Source: Bryobacterales bacterium
Lineage (GTDB): Bacteria; Acidobacteriota; Terriglobia; Bryobacterales; UBA6623
Reading direction: 5' to 3'
Length of the DNA: 64,000 bases
Assembly (NCBI GenBank): GCA_963422375.2
Contig: OY729428.2
Location: 608,001 to 672,000, forward strand
This document shows, piece by piece, positions 10,364 through 20,700 of the stretch. Made by a program: the position numbers and the translations under genes. Numbering within the stretch: the stretch's first letter is position 1; every line of letters begins with the position of its first letter. Below the pieces are notes generated by a model. That model was not told the origin of the DNA. It was given only the letters and a program-made list of their open reading frames with translations, and searched no databases.

Positions 10364-11821
10364 TCAATTGCCGAGTTGGCGCTCGATGTAGCGCACGTAC
10401 TCGGGCCGTTCGCGCCACTCCTCAATGTAGGGAGCGTAGCCGTCCTCGACCATCCACCAAGCGGGCTTCGATTCCTCCGGGTCGAAGTCGCCGTCGGCGT
10501 AGTCGCGGCCGGCAGCGCTGGCCTCGACAGAGGCCTCCCAAGCGTCGACAGCCTCTCGGAGTCGCGTCGCGTCTTCCGGCCGCTCCGCGGCCAGATCTCT
10601 AGTCTCGCTCGGATCATTCGCTACGTCGAACACCTCGTAGACGCGGTTCTCGCGGTCATTGGCAACAATCTTGAGCTCGTTGTCAATCAGCGCGACCCGT
10701 CGGGTGTGCCGGAACGCGATCGGCTTGTCCCGTCTTTCGAGCTCGCGCTTAAACAAGGGCTCCAAGTTCATGCCGTCCTGCGGCTGCAGCGCGGCCGCGT
10801 CCTCGAGGCCGGCGACCGCCGCCACCGTGGGAAAGATGTCCATCGTGACGGCCGGGAACGGCGTGACCCGGGGCTGCGGGATGCCCTCGGGCCATTCGAT
10901 GACCGCCGGAACGCGAATGCCGCCTTCGTAGAGGCTGCCCTTGAAGCCGCGCAGGTTGCCGACCGTGCCGGGCTTGATCCGTGGCAGGCCCCCGTTGTCG
11001 CTGGTGAACCAGACCAAGGTGTTGCGCTCGACCTGCAGCTGCCGCAGGCCGGCGCGCAGCGCACCGACGCTTCGATCCATGGCGACGAGTTCCCCGTAAT
11101 GGTGCTGCGAGTTCTCGTCAAGGTCGGCGAACGGGGCGCGATCCGCATCGGACGCGATCCAAGGGGAGTGCGGCGTGCCGTACCAGATCACGACGAAAAA
11201 GGGACGGTCCTGCTGCGCCTGCCTAGCGATGAATTCCAAAGCCTCGTCAACGATGACCTCGGACGAATCGCCCTCCATCTGCGCGAACAGACCGTTCCGG
11301 CTCATCAGCGGGTCGCGCTCGAAGAAGTTCGTGACCGACAGCCACTCGTCGAATCCGAATGCTCCCGGAGCGTGCTCGTCCGCCGCCAGGACCGGGACGC
11401 CCGGACCCCGCAGGCCGTTCAGGTGCCACTTGCCGAAATGCCCTGTAGCGTATCCCGCCTCGTCCAGCGCCCGCGAAATCGTTCTCTCCTGGCGCCGGAG
11501 AGCATGTCCGTGGTCCGCCACGCCCGTGCGGTCGTTCGTCCTGCCGGTCAGAACGGTCGCTCTGGTGGGAGAGCAATTCGGAGCTCCCGCGTAGAACCTA
11601 TCGAAGCGCAAGCCGGCGGCGGCCATCGCGTCGAGGTGCGGTGTCTTGAGGGCAGGGTGCCCGTAGTAGCCGGTCTGCCCCCAGCCCATGTCGTCGGCCA
11701 TGACGAGAACGAGGTTGGGCCGTGGGTCACCCACAGCGCTTTCCGGCGCCGGGCAGCCAACAGAGACCGCAAGCACGAGCGCCGAAGCCAAGGGTAGAAG
11801 GAGCCGCAACGAATTGGACAT
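10364..11821 (-). CDS. Arylsulfatase (Cys-type formylglycine sulfatase), probable lipoprotein
   Basis: PNLVLVMADDMG, CSPTRA, GKWH, SDNG, KGSLYEGGIRVP; lipobox-like VSVGC. Confidence 0.93.
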   Translation of the reverse strand: MSNSLRLLLPLASALVLAVSVGCPAPESAVGDPRPNLVLVMADDMGWGQTGYYGHPALKTPHLDAMAAAGLRFDRFYAGAPNCSPTRATVLTGRTNDRTGVADHGHALRRQERTISRALDEAGYATGHFGKWHLNGLRGPGVPVLAADEHAPGAFGFDEWLSVTNFFERDPLMSRNGLFAQMEGDSSEVIVDEALEFIARQAQQDRPFFVVIWYGTPHSPWIASDADRAPFADLDENSQHHYGELVAMDRSVGALRAGLRQLQVERNTLVWFTSDNGGLPRIKPGTVGNLRGFKGSLYEGGIRVPAVIEWPEGIPQPRVTPFPAVTMDIFPTVAAVAGLEDAAALQPQDGMNLEPLFKRELERRDKPIAFRHTRRVALIDNELKIVANDRENRVYEVFDVANDPSETRDLAAERPEDATRLREAVDAWEASVEASAAGRDYADGDFDPEESKPAWWMVEDGYAPYIEEWRERPEYVRYIERQLGN

Positions 11822-13296
11822 GGGAAATCTTCAAGCGCCGATTCTATCAAGGACCCTGTTGCACAACTGCGAATAAGGCGGCAGTGCCGCGTAGCGTCCG
11901 GAGTCCTCTCTCGGTTGACCGGCGGCCGAGCGCACCTCAGGGCGCGCTCGCTCTAGTCGGCCCTCCTTCGTGTCTGCCCGTCTGTGCGTCGTCGGTGTTC
12001 CGCGAGCGACTGCTGGCTTCTCTTGCGAACGGGCCGCCGACCGACACGATGCGCAGTGGGCATGGCGGGAGCTTCCCCGTGGCATACTCGCGTCAGTTAG
12101 CCAAGCGAACACCCGCATCGCCCGCCCCCAGCCCACCGTCGCTCGGGCAAAGACCTCCATTCGATGACCAGTTGGCCGGACGCGACTAGGAGCATGGGGC
12201 TGGACGGATTACGAACTAGTCGGCCTCGGGCGATGTCCTTCGTTCCGATCAGCGCGATCCTGCTGGGCATGCTAGCTATGTTGGCATCGGCACCGGTCAA
12301 GATCGACCGCTCGCTGCCGGATGTGAAGAAGAATCCTCTCGATGGCACAATCAAGGGGTTCGCGAGCTTCCGCAGTTCAAAGCTGCGCCGATTCCGTTGC
12401 CAGACGAGAAATTGCTGTCGGAGTCAAATTACAATCATGAAGCAAATTGGCCTATGGTTCAATCCCTTCCATCGGTCTTACGAACTACCATGAAGTTATT
12501 CAATGGCAAATGTAGTTCATCGAAGACATCTTTCAAGGGCATCTTTTTGCCGATAATTACGGATTCAATTACTCTTCAATATAAACGCCCTAACATACGA
12601 ACCGTTGCAGAAATATTTGGATCATAGACTTCGAGTTATTCATCCTTAATATTGGGAGATAATAGACATCGATTATGACGGAAATTGTGCCTTAGTATCA
12701 TACGGAATATTCCCCAAGACTTCCAGTTCTTTGGTCACCTACAATATAGCGAGAACGGACCTAAGTTCCTCCGATTCAGACTGCACAGACATGAACCCCA
12801 TGTGTTGAACCAGATGCACATCAACTGCGATTGGAAGGGATGCGACTGCAACCCAAGCACGACTTGGAGCGAGACCGGCACGGTCATCCCAATTCCCCTT
12901 CGCTCGCCGGAGATCGGCAAGAGCCGCACCTCCCATATCCCGTCTTCGAACAGGCGCTTGGCCTCCCGCAGGTCCGCGATTTCCGCTTCCGGCTCGGGCT
13001 GCACCTCACCCACGCCCGCCTCGGACCGGCACCGAGATCGTCGAGCGCTCCGAACGCCGCGTCTTCGGGCGCGACCCGCAGGGACGCCCATCTCGCCATG
13101 TTGCGGGAGCGGGTGCGCCGCGAGCGAGCCAGTTTCTGGAGCCTGCCGGCCCCGTTCGGCACCACGGCGACCGAATCAAGCAGCCGACCGCTGCCGGGTA
13201 TTTCTCCGCGACTAGTCCAGTCGACACCGCCGGGCATCTGCGCTGGGATGGCAGGAACGAGCCACAGGGCGCTACGGACAAGGGCGTTGTCTAGCG

Positions 13297-13373
13297 TGGT
13301 GGGCGGCGCCGGATTCGAACCGGCGGCCTCCTGCTTGTAAGACAGGCGCTCTGACCAACTGAGCTAGCCGCCC
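13297..13373 (-). tRNA. tRNA-Val(TAC)
   Basis: Reverse complement GGGCGGCTAGCTCAG...CCTGT-CTTACAA-GCAGG...GGTTCGAATCC...GCCGCCCACCA folds into a cloverleaf with encoded CCA. Confidence 0.98.
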
Positions 13374-13525
13374 AAGTTCCTTCCCTCGCCATGGCACTCG
13401 CAGCCATTCTTGCGGAACGCCGAGCCTCGAAGCGCCCCGAGCTCAGTTTCGCAGGTGACGGCACGGTGAAGCAACGCAGCCGTGGAGCGACGTCCGCACC
13501 GTCGCGATCTCGTCTGGGCCCTCAG

Positions 13526-14677
13526 TCACTGGCAGTAAACCGATTCCGCCGCTCGGACCCCGCCGCTCGATCCCAGGCAAGTCTCCAGCGCGCCAAGGAG
13601 CAGCAGGACGTAGTTCCGTTGCGAGGACGCCCCCATCAGCCCTACCCGCAGGATCTTGCCGGCTAGCGGGCCGAACCCGCCCAGTACCTCGATGCCGAAC
13701 TCCTCGAGCAGGCGCCTGCGCAGAGCGGCGTCGTTGCAGCCGTCCGGCAGCGCGGGCGTGTTCAGGGTCCAGAGCCGGTACTCCGGCGCAACGTGCATCC
13801 GGAGTCCGATCGCCTCGATCCCGGCGACGAACGCCCGGTGGTTCAGCCGGTGCCGGGCGAAGCGAGATTCGAGCGTTTCCTCCTTGCAGAGCCGCAACGC
13901 CTCCCGCAGAGCGTAGAACATGGTGATCGGCGTGGTGTGGTGGTAGCGGTGCGACTTGCCCCAGTACTCGTCGATCAGCTTCAGGTCCAGATACCAGGAA
14001 ACGCAGGGCGTCGCTCGCGCCCGCAGCCGCTCCAAGGCCCGCGGCGACAACGTGAGCGGGGCAAGGCCCGGAGGCGCGCTGAGGCATTTCTGCGTGCCGC
14101 TGTAGGCGATGTCTATCCCGCTCGCGTCGACGCCCACCGGCATGCCGCCTAAGGATGTGACACAGTCCCCCACCACAAGGGCCCCGCAGGCACGCGCCGC
14201 CTCGCAGATTGCCGCGCCGGGCTGCAGCGCCCCGGTTGAAGTCTCCGCGTGAACGAACATGACTACGTCGGGACGCTCCCGGCTGACGAATTCGCGGGCC
14301 TCGTCGTCGGTGAACACGCCGCCCCATGCCTTCTCTAAGCGCGCGATGCTCGCCCGCTGGCGTCTGCACATCTCCGTGAAGCGGTCGGAGAAATAGCCGT
14401 TGGCGAAGACCGCGACCTTGGTTCCGGGCTCGACGAAGTTCACCACCGAAGCTTCCATTCCGGCCGAGCCCGTGCCGGGCACGGCGATCGTGAACTCGTT
14501 CTCCGTGCCGAACACGTAGCGCAGCAGGTCCGCCGTGTCCTGCAGCACTCCGAAGAAGTCCGGGTCGGTGTGCCCGACCAGGGGGGAGGCCATTGCCTGG
14601 TACACGCGCGGGTCCACCATGCTCGGGCCGGGCCCAAGCAGGATGCGATGGGGAGGCTGATAGAAGTCGATGGCCAT
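13526..14677 (-). CDS. Alanine-glyoxylate / serine-pyruvate aminotransferase (class V PLP)
   Basis: [33 protein letters not shown]; likely start MAIDFYQ at 14677. Confidence 0.93.
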   Translation of the reverse strand: MAIDFYQPPHRILLGPGPSMVDPRVYQAMASPLVGHTDPDFFGVLQDTADLLRYVFGTENEFTIAVPGTGSAGMEASVVNFVEPGTKVAVFANGYFSDRFTEMCRRQRASIARLEKAWGGVFTDDEAREFVSRERPDVVMFVHAETSTGALQPGAAICEAARACGALVVGDCVTSLGGMPVGVDASGIDIAYSGTQKCLSAPPGLAPLTLSPRALERLRARATPCVSWYLDLKLIDEYWGKSHRYHHTTPITMFYALREALRLCKEETLESRFARHRLNHRAFVAGIEAIGLRMHVAPEYRLWTLNTPALPDGCNDAALRRRLLEEFGIEVLGGFGPLAGKILRVGLMGASSQRNYVLLLLGALETCLGSSGGVRAAESVYCQ

Positions 14678-14847
14678 GAATCCCTGCCAGCGCCGCGACG
14701 CCAAGCGCCTCGCAGCGGACTCGGAAGCGCCCGCACCAAGGACCGGGGCCCGGCGCGATACCGGGCGACCGGACGCGTCGCCCGCCACGCCTAATGACAA
14801 GATAGCGCAACGCCCGGCCGGGTTGCGGGCATGGTACGCTCTCTGAT

Positions 14848-16044
14848 ATGCAAGCCCTGATCGAACGGCGGACGCTGTTCCGCTCCGCGGCGGCCTTCAC
14901 GGCAGCGTCCTACGCTCGGATCCTCGGCGCGAACGAGAAGGTGAACATGGGCCTCATCGGCTGCGGCGGCCGCGGCCGCGGGGTGTTGGGGTCGTTCGTG
15001 AAGAATCCGAGCGTGAACGCGACCGCGCTCTGCGACGTGTTCAGCGCCCGCATCGACGAGGCGTCCCAAGTCGCTCCGAACGCGAAGGGCTACAAGGAAC
15101 ACGAGAGGCTGCTGGAAGACCAAGACGTGGACGCCGTCTTGATCGCCACCCCCGACCACTGGCACGCAGGGACTTGCATCGACGCGGCCAACGCGGGCAA
15201 GGACATCTACTGCGAGAAACCGCTGACCCTGCGCATCGAGGAGGGCCCGGAAATCGTCAAGGCGGTGCGCCTGAACAAGCGGGTCTGCCAGGTCGGCATG
15301 CAGCAGCGGTCAGCCAAGCACTACCTCATGGCGAAGGAGAAGTTCTTCGACAGCGGAGCGATCGGCAAGGTCACCTTGGCGAGAACCTGGTGGCACGGCA
15401 ACGGCGCCCATCTCCGGCCGTTCCCTCCCCAGTACACGCAGCAGCCGTCGAACCTCGACTGGGGACGGTTCCTCGGACCCGTCAAGTGGCGCGAGTACGA
15501 CCCCAAGCAATACTTCAACTTCCGGGCCTACCTCGAGTACGGCGGAGGCCAGATCACCGACCTGTTCACCCACTGGATCGACGCGGTGCATATGTTCATC
15601 GGGCAGGACAACCCGGTCGCGGCCGTGGCGTCAGGAGGCATCTACCACTACAAGGACGGTCGCACCGCGCCCGACACGATCGCGTGCTACCTCGACTATC
15701 CGGGGGAGTGGACCGCCACTTTTGAAGGTACCTTGGCGCCGGGCCTGCGCGGCGCCGGGGTCGAGGTCATCGGTACCGAAGGCCGGCTCTGGATCACTCG
15801 CCAGCGATACGAGTGGTACCGGCCGGACAAGAACCGGCCCGCCGAGACGCAGCCGAACATCGGCAACATGACTCAGGACCACGTGGACAACTTCATCGAC
15901 TGCGTCAAGAGCCGGGAGAAGCCCAACGGAGACGTATGGATCGGCCACCGCTCGGCGCAAGCGTCCCATCTCGGCAACATCGCCTACCTGCAGAAGCGCC
16001 GACTCAAGTTCGATCCGGACCGCGAGGAGATATTGCCGCTGTGA
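14848..16044 (+). CDS. Gfo/Idh/MocA oxidoreductase with twin-arginine signal
   Basis: RRTLF, IGCGGRG, IATPDHWH, YCEKP, QVGMQQRS. Confidence 0.92.
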   Translation: MQALIERRTLFRSAAAFTAASYARILGANEKVNMGLIGCGGRGRGVLGSFVKNPSVNATALCDVFSARIDEASQVAPNAKGYKEHERLLEDQDVDAVLIATPDHWHAGTCIDAANAGKDIYCEKPLTLRIEEGPEIVKAVRLNKRVCQVGMQQRSAKHYLMAKEKFFDSGAIGKVTLARTWWHGNGAHLRPFPPQYTQQPSNLDWGRFLGPVKWREYDPKQYFNFRAYLEYGGGQITDLFTHWIDAVHMFIGQDNPVAAVASGGIYHYKDGRTAPDTIACYLDYPGEWTATFEGTLAPGLRGAGVEVIGTEGRLWITRQRYEWYRPDKNRPAETQPNIGNMTQDHVDNFIDCVKSREKPNGDVWIGHRSAQASHLGNIAYLQKRRLKFDPDREEILPL

Positions 16045-16069
16045 CAGACGGTCCGGGCCACGTCCCGGA

Positions 16070-16912
16070 CTAGCGCAGGAGACCTTCGACGAACGGGACC
16101 TCGAACACTTTCTCGTGCTGGATGGGCCCGTGTCCGAAGTACCCGTCCTCTCCGAACAGTTCGCCGTGGTCAGCGGTGATCGTGATATAGGTGTTGGCAG
16201 GCACTAAGTCGAAGAGTTCCTCGACCACCCGGTCCAGGTACCGCACCGCGCCCACCTGACGGTCGCGCAAGAGGTCGAGCTTGGTCTGATCGAAGAAAGC
16301 CTGCGTGCCTTCGACCAGCTTGCCGCCGACGATGTGGTCGTCCAAGTGCCGGAACACCCCGTGGACACCGCTGACGCGCGGCCACTTGTCCGGCGGCTCG
16401 TCCGGCAGCGCGTAGGGATAGTGCGTCTCGCCGACGTTCAGGATGTAGAACGAGGGGCGGTCCTCGGGGAAGCGCATCTCGCGCAGCATGGCTCGCATGT
16501 CGTTGTGGGCGGGCATGAGCCGGAAGGTGTCGAAGCCGGTGTTGAGGATCGTGCGGGGGTTCAGCACGGGCAGGGAGACCATTGCATGGGTCCGGTAGTT
16601 GAAGCGCTTCTGCAGGAAGCTCGGGAAGTAGAGCTGGGGCACCAAGGACTTGAAGCCGACGTCGTCGACGCCCAGGCGCTCGTTGAACTTGAAGAAGTCC
16701 TTCTTGTAGTACTCCGACGCGTAGACGTGCTTGGGGCTGACGTGCGGGAGCAGGCCCATCAGGAGATTGTAGTGGGACGGGGCCGTCCACGAGGCGTACG
16801 ACCAGCGCGCCTCGACGTGGCCGAGCTTGTCGATGGTCCGAGGGCGGGCCTCGAGGAACGTGTCGTACCGGCAGCTGTCGAAGATGACGAGAATGTAATT
16901 GTTGGGGCGCAT
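16070..16912 (-). CDS. Alkaline-phosphatase-superfamily (sulfatase-like) metalloenzyme
   Basis: VIFDSCRYD, SWTAPSH, ETHYPY, TADHGELFGE, GHG. Confidence 0.8.
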   Translation of the reverse strand: MRPNNYILVIFDSCRYDTFLEARPRTIDKLGHVEARWSYASWTAPSHYNLLMGLLPHVSPKHVYASEYYKKDFFKFNERLGVDDVGFKSLVPQLYFPSFLQKRFNYRTHAMVSLPVLNPRTILNTGFDTFRLMPAHNDMRAMLREMRFPEDRPSFYILNVGETHYPYALPDEPPDKWPRVSGVHGVFRHLDDHIVGGKLVEGTQAFFDQTKLDLLRDRQVGAVRYLDRVVEELFDLVPANTYITITADHGELFGEDGYFGHGPIQHEKVFEVPFVEGLLR

Positions 16913-17238
16913 CGAGAGTAGACTCCGATTGTAGAGTCACCCGTTTGTCGGTCAAGCCCACCGGGAATCAGTGGCTCACGGAAACGATGGACTCTCCCTT
17001 CGGATTAGGAAATACTTACGTGTTTACCCAAGACCGCCCGGAGCGTGCATGGCTAGCATCTGCGGCCCGATATCTTCAGCAAGTCCCAGTCCTGCTTGGG
17101 AGGCCCTGCCATTATCGCTCGAGAGATATTTTCGGGCGTGTCCGGGATGGAAGGCGGCATCTTGTACTTCAACGGTCGTCCGCGCTTGCCCGCGCCAATT
17201 CCTCGGTTCCCGAGCGTGCACCTGACCGCTCCCGCTCC

Positions 17239-18386
17239 CTATCCGCGACCCGCCCGATGATCCACCCGATGTCCGCATCGCCGGACGTCTGACGTTCTCA
17301 AGCTCACGCCGCAATCGCGCGCGCCGGAGGACAGTCGGTGGCCCTTGCTCAGGCTCTTGTGCCGGACCTGCTTTCCACTCAGGGCGTCAGCCATCACGCA
17401 CATCTGCTTGATCGTATCGAGATCTCGGATATTGTGCCGTCCGGCGAACTCGGTCACGTAGCGCTCGAAGTGCTTGCAACTCATCTTGTGAAACGTGCCT
17501 TAGAACCCTCGCTTCAGCATCGACCGGAAGGACTCCATGCCGTTGACCTGAGCCTTGCCGCTGGCGTGCTCCCCGACGCTGCGATTGACGGATTTGTGAT
17601 TCAGCAGGCCAGCGCACACTCCCCTCTCGTCCGTGTACGCCGCAGCGTCCCTGGGCGGACGTGTCCGCGAGGATCCCTCCCGCCGTGTCCTTCGTCACGC
17701 ACTCGACCGGAGTGGCGGGAACCCTGCTGGAATTCCGATCCTTCACGCCGACCGTGGCGCTCTTGCCGACCGGCCCGCGCCCGGCCCTCAACTTCGTCGA
17801 CTCGTGCTTGTTCCTCTCCTTGCCGCCGAGGCTAGGCTCGTCCATCTCCACCGGCCCGGAGGTCGGCTCGCCCTGCGCTTGCCAGGTCTCGTGGATGCGA
17901 TGCGCGAGGAACCAGGCCGTCTTCCGGGTCGCGGTGGATTCTCATGCTGGACGTTCCTTCAGCCCAGTCGAGAGCAGGTAGAGCGCGATCACCTAGGTCT
18001 GGAGACCGAGGTTGGAGTTACTGAAAGCGTCAAATGCAATCGCCACACACTGCCCTACATCTAGGGCTTGCCGTTGGCAACTCGCAACATACGGCACTTA
18101 CCGCCTTTGGTCCGGGAGAAGACTTTTTACGCCCTCTATATGCATGCATCAGCGTTCCGGTCTTGACCGAATGGTCCTGGCGGCAGCCGCGGCAGCGGTA
18201 CGTCTAGGGCTTGCGCGTTGGCCGCTCCCGCACATTCGGCGATCCGCGTTGACGGCGGTACACAGCGACAGGCCAGCGATGCCCGACGAACCAGCCCTCA
18301 GCCGCTGCATTGTCCAAGAACCTCCGCATGACGTCAACCAGCGAAAGCCCTTCACGCTCGCGGCGTCCGGGTGCCTTGCGTGCCAC
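17239..18386 (-). pseudogene. IS1595-family transposase with multiple frameshifts, stops and an insertion
   Basis: Fragments MARKAPGR..GLSL, YRCRGC..SVKTGTLMH, TAWFLAHRI, GPVEMDE..GGKERNKH, KHFERYVTEFAGRHN. Confidence 0.88.
18021..18138. mobile_element. MITE-like ~118-bp insertion inside the transposase pseudogene
   Basis: Interrupts GTLMH|SNLGL; TA on both flanks; imperfect terminal IRs CTGAAAGCGTCAAATG / TAGAGGGCGTAAAAAG. Confidence 0.5.
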
Positions 18387-18599
18387 CCTTAAGAGGTCAG
18401 GTCACCCAACCCCGGGCTGCGGCGTCAATGGCGTCTTGGGTAAGCACGTATAGGATCCCCTTCGGATTCGCCGAGCGGAGGGTCGCACTTCGGCCCACCT
18501 CGGGTGGTGCCGGTCGACCGCACGCTGGATCCTTGAGCGGGGACACCCGAAGACAATCCATCACTCTCGCAATAGGTTCGGCCAACGTTCATCATCGTA

Positions 18600-19222
18600 C
18601 ACTGAGGTGCCAAGTGGAAGTATTGGTTCAGATGTCTCGACAATTCCTTTCATCCAATCTTGTACCGGATAAGGTGGACTTGGATTTCTTGGCCGATATG
18701 TGGTCTCAAATTGCCCTAACAGATGACGATGAATACTCCCTTGAAGCGCTGAATTTAGTGTTCAATAAAAGAATCGATAGAGTCGCCGTTATTAGCCATA
18801 CAGACGTTCGTTCAATGCGCTTCAAGCGGCAGATTCTTGTCAGAACTCAAAGCTCGCATAGACCCGTTCCTCTCTTAGGTCTCGGTGACGGAGCAACACG
18901 ATTCTTTGGCACTAGCATAGCACTCGCTAACGGAAAGAATGGATTCGTTGTGATTGACGAAGTCGAGAATTGAATTCACCATACTCTTCAACACGACTAT
19001 TGGAAATTGATCCTTGCCTCGGCAATTCGAAACAACGTCCAAGTTGTGGCTACTACACATAGTTGGGACTACGTGAAGGGATTTGCAAGTGCCGCTACCG
19101 AGCTGCAATCTGCTGATTTTGCACTCGTGCGGATTGAGAAAGACAACCAAGATACTTGGGAATTCCAGTACTCTCAAGACGAGATTCCCGTAGCTGCAGA
19201 GCAAGTGATTGAAGTAAGATAA
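18600..19222 (+). pseudogene. C-terminal half of an AAA_21-type ABC ATPase
   Basis: LGDG signature, Walker B VVIDEVEN*IHH (TGA at 18971-18973), VQVVATTHS; no Walker A seen; 5' boundary approximate. Confidence 0.82.
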
Positions 19223-19443
19223 GCATCGTGTCGAAGCTCATCACTCAAGCAACAAACTGTACTCTCGTTGTTGAAGACAACGATGATGAGCGTGCGATTT
19301 CGGAAATCTTGAAGAAAGCGAACCGTGACTTATCCCCAAATTAAGCAGAGGGGTGGAAGCGAGAAGCTATTAGAGTCCATCTCGAGCGAAATGAAGGCAT
19401 CTAAACGCACTGCAGTTGGGATCATCGTAGATGCAAATCACAA

Positions 19444-20476
19444 CCTGATTACCCACAAGACTCAGCCAAGGTTAGGAGGCGGTACGGCCTGGGCGGGGTG
19501 CGCACGGAGGCGTGGAGCAGGCGGGGGACCAGCGCCTCGAGATCGTAGCGGCGGTTGAAGCGGTAGCGGAACTCGGCGAGGTAGCGCGGCAGGTGCTTGC
19601 CGTCGAACGAATGGCAGGTTCCCGCCAGGGACTGCTTGACGTTCCCCAGCATCGTGTTGACCCGGACGAAGCGGGAATCCCCGCAGCTCCGCTTCCCGCC
19701 TCCGGTGACGGTCGGCACGTGCTCGCAGCCGGCGTCGGCCACGCCCCGGAAGCAGGCCGGGCCGTCGGAATGCACCTTCGTGCCGGGCTGCAAGTGCCGC
19801 CCGGCCCACGCTGCCAGCGTCTTCTTGCGGAAGCCCGCCACGCTGCTCAGGCGCATCCTTGCCGGCTGGCCGGCGGCGCTGACCTGCACGGCGGCCACGA
19901 ACGGCGTCTTGCCCGCCGCGCCGCGCCCGCGCTTGCCGCCGCTCCGCTCCCCGCCCCAGCAGGCGTCGTCCACCTGCACGATGCCGCCCGGCGGCACGCG
20001 CTCGTCGCGCTCCTTCATCACTTGCAAGAGCTTGTGCTTCATCTTCCAGGCGGTATTCCGGCTGACCCCCAGCTGCCGCGCCAGTTCCAGCGACGAAACG
20101 CCGTGCTTGCCCTGCGTCAGCAGGTGGAGCGCCAGGAACCGGACGGTCAGCGGCAGCTTGGTGGCGGCGAAGATCGTGCCGGCGACGAGGGAGGTCCGGC
20201 GGTGGCAGGCATGGCACTGCCGGAGCTTGCGGGAGCGGATGCGGCAGTGCCGCCGGGAGCCGCACTCCGGGCAGCGGAAGCCGTCCGGCCAGCGGGCCTT
20301 GAAGACGGCGTGCTCGCATTGCCCCTCGCTGCCGTAGCGCTGCAGGAACTTGCCCAAGCTGAGTCCCTTCTGGAATTGCACGCGATTGCGTTTCAGCTGC
20401 TAGCCCCTTTCCTGTCAGAGGTTTCCGACCTCCTCCAGTATAGCATATCCTCGGCTGATGTTCGTTGGTAATCAGG
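19444..20476 (-). mobile_element. IS1595 family (CCTGATT ends), copy 1
   Basis: Ends CCTGATTACC / GGTAATCAGG; 8-bp TSD AATCACAA; 1033 bp. Confidence 0.97.
19449..20396 (-). CDS. IS1595 transposase (start codon CTG here versus ATG in copies 2 and 3)
   Basis: Zn ribbon CPEC..CHAC, HTH SSLELARQLG, QVDD, HSDG, RYLAEFRYRFNRR. Confidence 0.9.
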   Translation of the reverse strand: MKRNRVQFQKGLSLGKFLQRYGSEGQCEHAVFKARWPDGFRCPECGSRRHCRIRSRKLRQCHACHRRTSLVAGTIFAATKLPLTVRFLALHLLTQGKHGVSSLELARQLGVSRNTAWKMKHKLLQVMKERDERVPPGGIVQVDDACWGGERSGGKRGRGAAGKTPFVAAVQVSAAGQPARMRLSSVAGFRKKTLAAWAGRHLQPGTKVHSDGPACFRGVADAGCEHVPTVTGGGKRSCGDSRFVRVNTMLGNVKQSLAGTCHSFDGKHLPRYLAEFRYRFNRRYDLEALVPRLLHASVRTPPRPYRLLTLAESCG

Positions 20477-20700
20477 AATCACAATATCATCAACCGTTGG
20501 AGATCGATACAAAGTCACTTGTCGGAATTCGAACTAGATTTTCCTGCAGAGCCAATTGTTGGAGGAACTGTATTAGATCACTCAATTCAATTGGAAAGCG
20601 GTCGAATAAAGCAATACCGAGTCGGTATCTGGATCATGTCAGACAATCGCTCTACCGGTGAATCTGAAGATTTTCTTGTAGAAATGATTCCAAATCGAGA

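Larger units (their letters stand above)
17007..18460 (-). mobile_element. Degenerate IS1595-family element (different subgroup from the CCTGATT copies)
   Basis: Imperfect 28-bp IRs (AGGAAATACTTACGTGTTTACCCAAGAC / GGGGATCCTATACGTGCTTACCCAAGAC); 8-bp TSD TTCGGATT at 16999-17006 and 18461-18468. Confidence 0.88.
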
